From positions 32,001 through 96,000 of the forward strand of contig CAWJDT010000001.1 of NCBI GenBank assembly GCA_963841735.1: a stretch of 64,000 bases of DNA, written 5' to 3'. The notes below the pieces were generated by a model, which made no database searches, was not told the DNA's origin, and was given only the letters and a program-made list of their open reading frames with translations. Within the stretch, counting starts at the first letter, position 1. Each line of letters opens with the position of its first letter. The translations under genes and the position numbers were made by a program. The stretch comes from an uncultured Actinomycetes bacterium (GTDB taxonomy: Bacteria > Actinomycetota > Thermoleophilia > RBG-16-64-13). Shown piece by piece: positions 61,200-64,000 of the stretch.

Positions 61200-61857
61200 G
61201 CGTTTGTGGCGTCAGCTGCCGATCCTCGCCGAGCCACATCCGCAGGTGCGACCGCCCGGAGCCGAGGCGCCGCGACCCGGCCACGAAGCTGGCGAAGATC
61301 ACGTCCAGCCAGTGCACCCCGATGTTGGGCTCCAAGAAGTGTCTTGAAACCCATGAGATGCGACACGTCGCCGGCAAAGGCCCAGCCGGTGATGAACCAC
61401 GCCACCTGCTCTGGATCGACGTGCGCCGGTATCTTGCCTTCCTTCTGCCCGTCCCTGACCACCTGGGCGTACTGCTCGATGGAGGCCATGTGCTTCTCGG
61501 CCAGGATCTCCCGCAGACCTTCGCCGCGGGCTCCGGAGACATACTCCAGCAACTGATGAGCGTGGTGCCGCTCACCTTGGGTGGCCCAGAGCATCAGATG
61601 ATGGTCACACATCTGCCGGAGCCGCTCCAGCGAGTTCTCGTCGCTGGGCGTCTCGCGCGACGCGTAGATGCGCTCGTAGACAACATCGAGAGCAGCCAGC
61701 AGGATCGCCCGCCGGCTTTCAAAATGAGTGTAGAGAGAAGCCTGCCGTATCCCGGCAGCCGCGGCGATACGGGCCATGGTCGCCCCGGCAGGCCGTGCTC
61801 GGCGATCAGATCGAGGGTGACCTCGACGATCTGGCGCTTTCGCGCCTCAGCCGTCAT
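61200..61857 (-). CDS. TetR/AcrR-family regulator (frameshifted; 3' end uncertain)
   Basis: ARKRQIV...L.LIAEHG...TMARIAAAAGIRQASLYTHF. Confidence 0.85.
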
Positions 61858-61934
61858 CCGCTGGGAACCTGGAGCCACCGCTTCGTTCCCTCCCGTCCGC
61901 CCGCAGAAAGCCCCCCCGGGCGGCGCTAGTCCGA

Positions 61935-61995
61935 TTGACAAACTAGGATGCAGCAGGTAGTTTAGCGCAATACAACAACCGGTCGCTCGGTAGTT
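61935..61995 (+). promoter_or_regulatory. Promoter of the Mo-enzyme gene with two candidate TetR operators
   Basis: TTGACA (61935-61940), N17, TAGTTT (61958-61963). 22-bp quasi-palindromes AAC.A...GGTAGTT at 61941-61962 and 61974-61995. Confidence 0.6.
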
Positions 61996-62059
61996 TAGCC
62001 CAGCCGGCACAATCACCGGCAAACGACACCCGGCGTACCCCGCTCCAAAGAAGAGAGAT

Positions 62060-64000
62060 ATGGCGGCAGTGCAGCGACTAACGAATCTTACCACCGGCGG
62101 ACCGGTGCACGTCGACGTGCAAGACGGCAAGATCCTCCGCATCATGCCCCTCGCGCTGGACGCGGACGACGGCCCCTCGTGGACCATCGAGGCCAGAGGC
62201 AGAACGTTCACTCCGCCCCGCAAGACGACCCTCTCCAACTGGACCGTGGCCCACAGGTCCACTATCTACTCGCCCAAGCGCATCCTCACCCCGCTCAAGC
62301 GGGTGGACTTCGACCCCAAGGGCGACCGCAACATCCACAAGCGCGGAGAGTCCGGCTACGAGCCCATCAGCTGGGACGAAGCCCTCGACATGGTCGTCCG
62401 AGGAGATGATCCGCCTCAAGCGCGAGTACGGTCCTGCCGCCATGATGACCACCCCCTCTTCGCACCACATGTGGGGCAACGTCGGCTATCGCTTCAGCGC
62501 CTACAACCGGTTCATGAACCTGTGGGGCATGACCTATGTGGAGCACAACCCCGACAGTTGGGAAGGCTGGCAGTGGGGCGGCGACCACATGTGGGGCTTC
62601 AGCACCCGCCTGGGCATCCCCGAGCAGTACGACCTCTTGGAGGACGCTCTCAAGAACGTAGAGATGATGGTGTTCTGGTCGTCCGACCCCGAGACCACCG
62701 GCGGAGTGTACGGGTCGCACGAGAGCACGTGTCGCAGGCGGTGGCTCAAAGAGCTGGGGGTCAAGATGGTCTTCATCGATCCCTACTTCAACCACACGGC
62801 CGGCCTCATGGGCGACAAGTGGTTCGCCCCCCGCATGGGCACCGACGCCGCCCTGGGCCTCGGCATCGCCTTCGTGTGGCTCACCGAGGACCTCTACGAC
62901 AAGGAATACGTGGCCTCCCACACCCACGGCTTCGACGAGTGGAAGACGCTACGTCCTGGGCGAGAGCGACGGCGCGCCCAAGACGCCGGAATGGGCGGAG
63001 CGCGAGACCCTCATCCCCGCCCGGGAGATCCGGGCCCTCGCCCGGGAGTGGGGCTCCAAGCAGACCATGCTCGCCGCGGGCGGCATGGGCGGCTGGGGCG
63101 GGGCATGCCCGCTCCTCATACGGGGCCGAATACGCCCGCACCATGATCGCCCTGGCCGCCATGCAGGGGCTGGGCAAGCCGGGCAGCAACATCTACTCCA
63201 CCACCGGCGGAGCGCCCGCCGACCGTTCCTTCTGGTTCCCCGGCTACGCCGAGGGCGGCATCTCCGGCGACACCGCCAACACGGCGTCGGGCTATTCGCC
63301 TGCAAGCGCGCATGTGGCCCAACGGCGGCACCATCTCCAATCCCGCAGCACGGCGCCGAAGGGCAGGTGGGCTACCGGCTGCTCATCCCGGAGATGATGA
63401 ACCACGAGAAGCTGGAGTGGCGCAGCAAGGGCTTCTGCGGCGGCTCCATCGAGATGCAGTTCAAGAAGTACCAGTATCCCGCCTCCGGCTATCCCCACGT
63501 GCAGATGTACTACCGCTACGGGGGCTCGTTCATCGGCACCATGACCGAGACCAACCGCTTCGTCAGGGGCTACCGGGAGGGCAAGGTGCCCTTCGTGGTC
63601 AACCAGTCGGTCTGGTTCGAGGGCGAGGCTCGGTTCGCCGACATCATCCTGCCGGCCTGCACCAACTTCGAGCGCTGGGACATCGGCGACTGGGCGCATC
63701 CGTCGGGTTACGGCACTCACAAGTTCGACCAGGTGAACCACCGCATCATCGTGCTCCAGAAGAAGTGCATCGAGCCCTTGGGCGAATCGAAGTCCGACTA
63801 CGAGATCTTCGCGGCGCTCGCCGACCGTCTGGGCTTCGGCGAGAAGTTCACCGAGGGCGGCCACACCGACCTGGACTGGGTCAAGCGGGTCTTCCAGGCC
63901 AGCGACCTACCCGCCCGCATCAGCTGGGAGGAATTCGAGAAGAAGGGCTACTACGTGGTGCCCGTCCCGGCGGACCAAACGACCACGCCGGCGCTTCGCT
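62060..64000 (+). CDS. DMSO-reductase-family Mo-bisPGD enzyme, pyrogallol-phloroglucinol transhydroxylase large-subunit-like (partial, frameshifted)
   Basis: RLTN.TTGGPV.V.V.DGKI, EARGRTFTPPRKT, SSHHMWGNVGYR, HNPDSWEGW.WG, FPGYAEGGISGD, ADIILPACTNFERWDI. Runs off the window end. Confidence 0.9.

Noticed and set aside
61069-61200. TetR ORF extensions overlapping the rplM promoter
   Set aside because: Products of frameshift errors; the region contains a consensus rplM promoter.

Overview
High-GC bacterial chromosome segment. Gene content and synteny suggest a deep-branching, probably anaerobic actinobacterium such as Thermoleophilia (inference). Bases ~1-11,200 form a defence island containing: an MqsR/MqsA/SecB toxin-antitoxin-chaperone (TAC) operon, a HigBA module, an RloC-like ABC-ATPase/HEPN protein, an AbiJ-like HEPN protein, a single-chain nuclease-N6-methyltransferase (Type IIG/ISP-C-like) restriction-modification (RM) gene and a VapBC module. 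The last ~490 bp of the RM gene is duplicated 5.4 kb away, so the HigBA, RloC-like and Abi genes sit between direct repeats. The rest is mostly minus-strand housekeeping DNA: recO, deoC, dgkA, ybeY, phoH, rsmE, ftsEX, prfB (programmed frameshift), secA, hpf, comF, mtnA, ahcY, two LCP genes, murA, the atp operon, glyA, rpiB, prmC/tsaC, prfA, thyX, rpmE, a tRNA nucleotidyltransferase, acpS-nnr, glmS, rpsI and rplM. The window ends in a TetR gene and a pyrogallol-transhydroxylase-like Mo enzyme. Two copies of a ~164-bp rod-shaped MITE-like element occur (after secA and between atpG and atpD). Three nucleoside-catabolism homologues (DeoC, Cdd, PNP) lack catalytic residues. Many essential genes carry single-base indels, most likely long-read consensus errors, so the ends of frameshifted genes are approximate.
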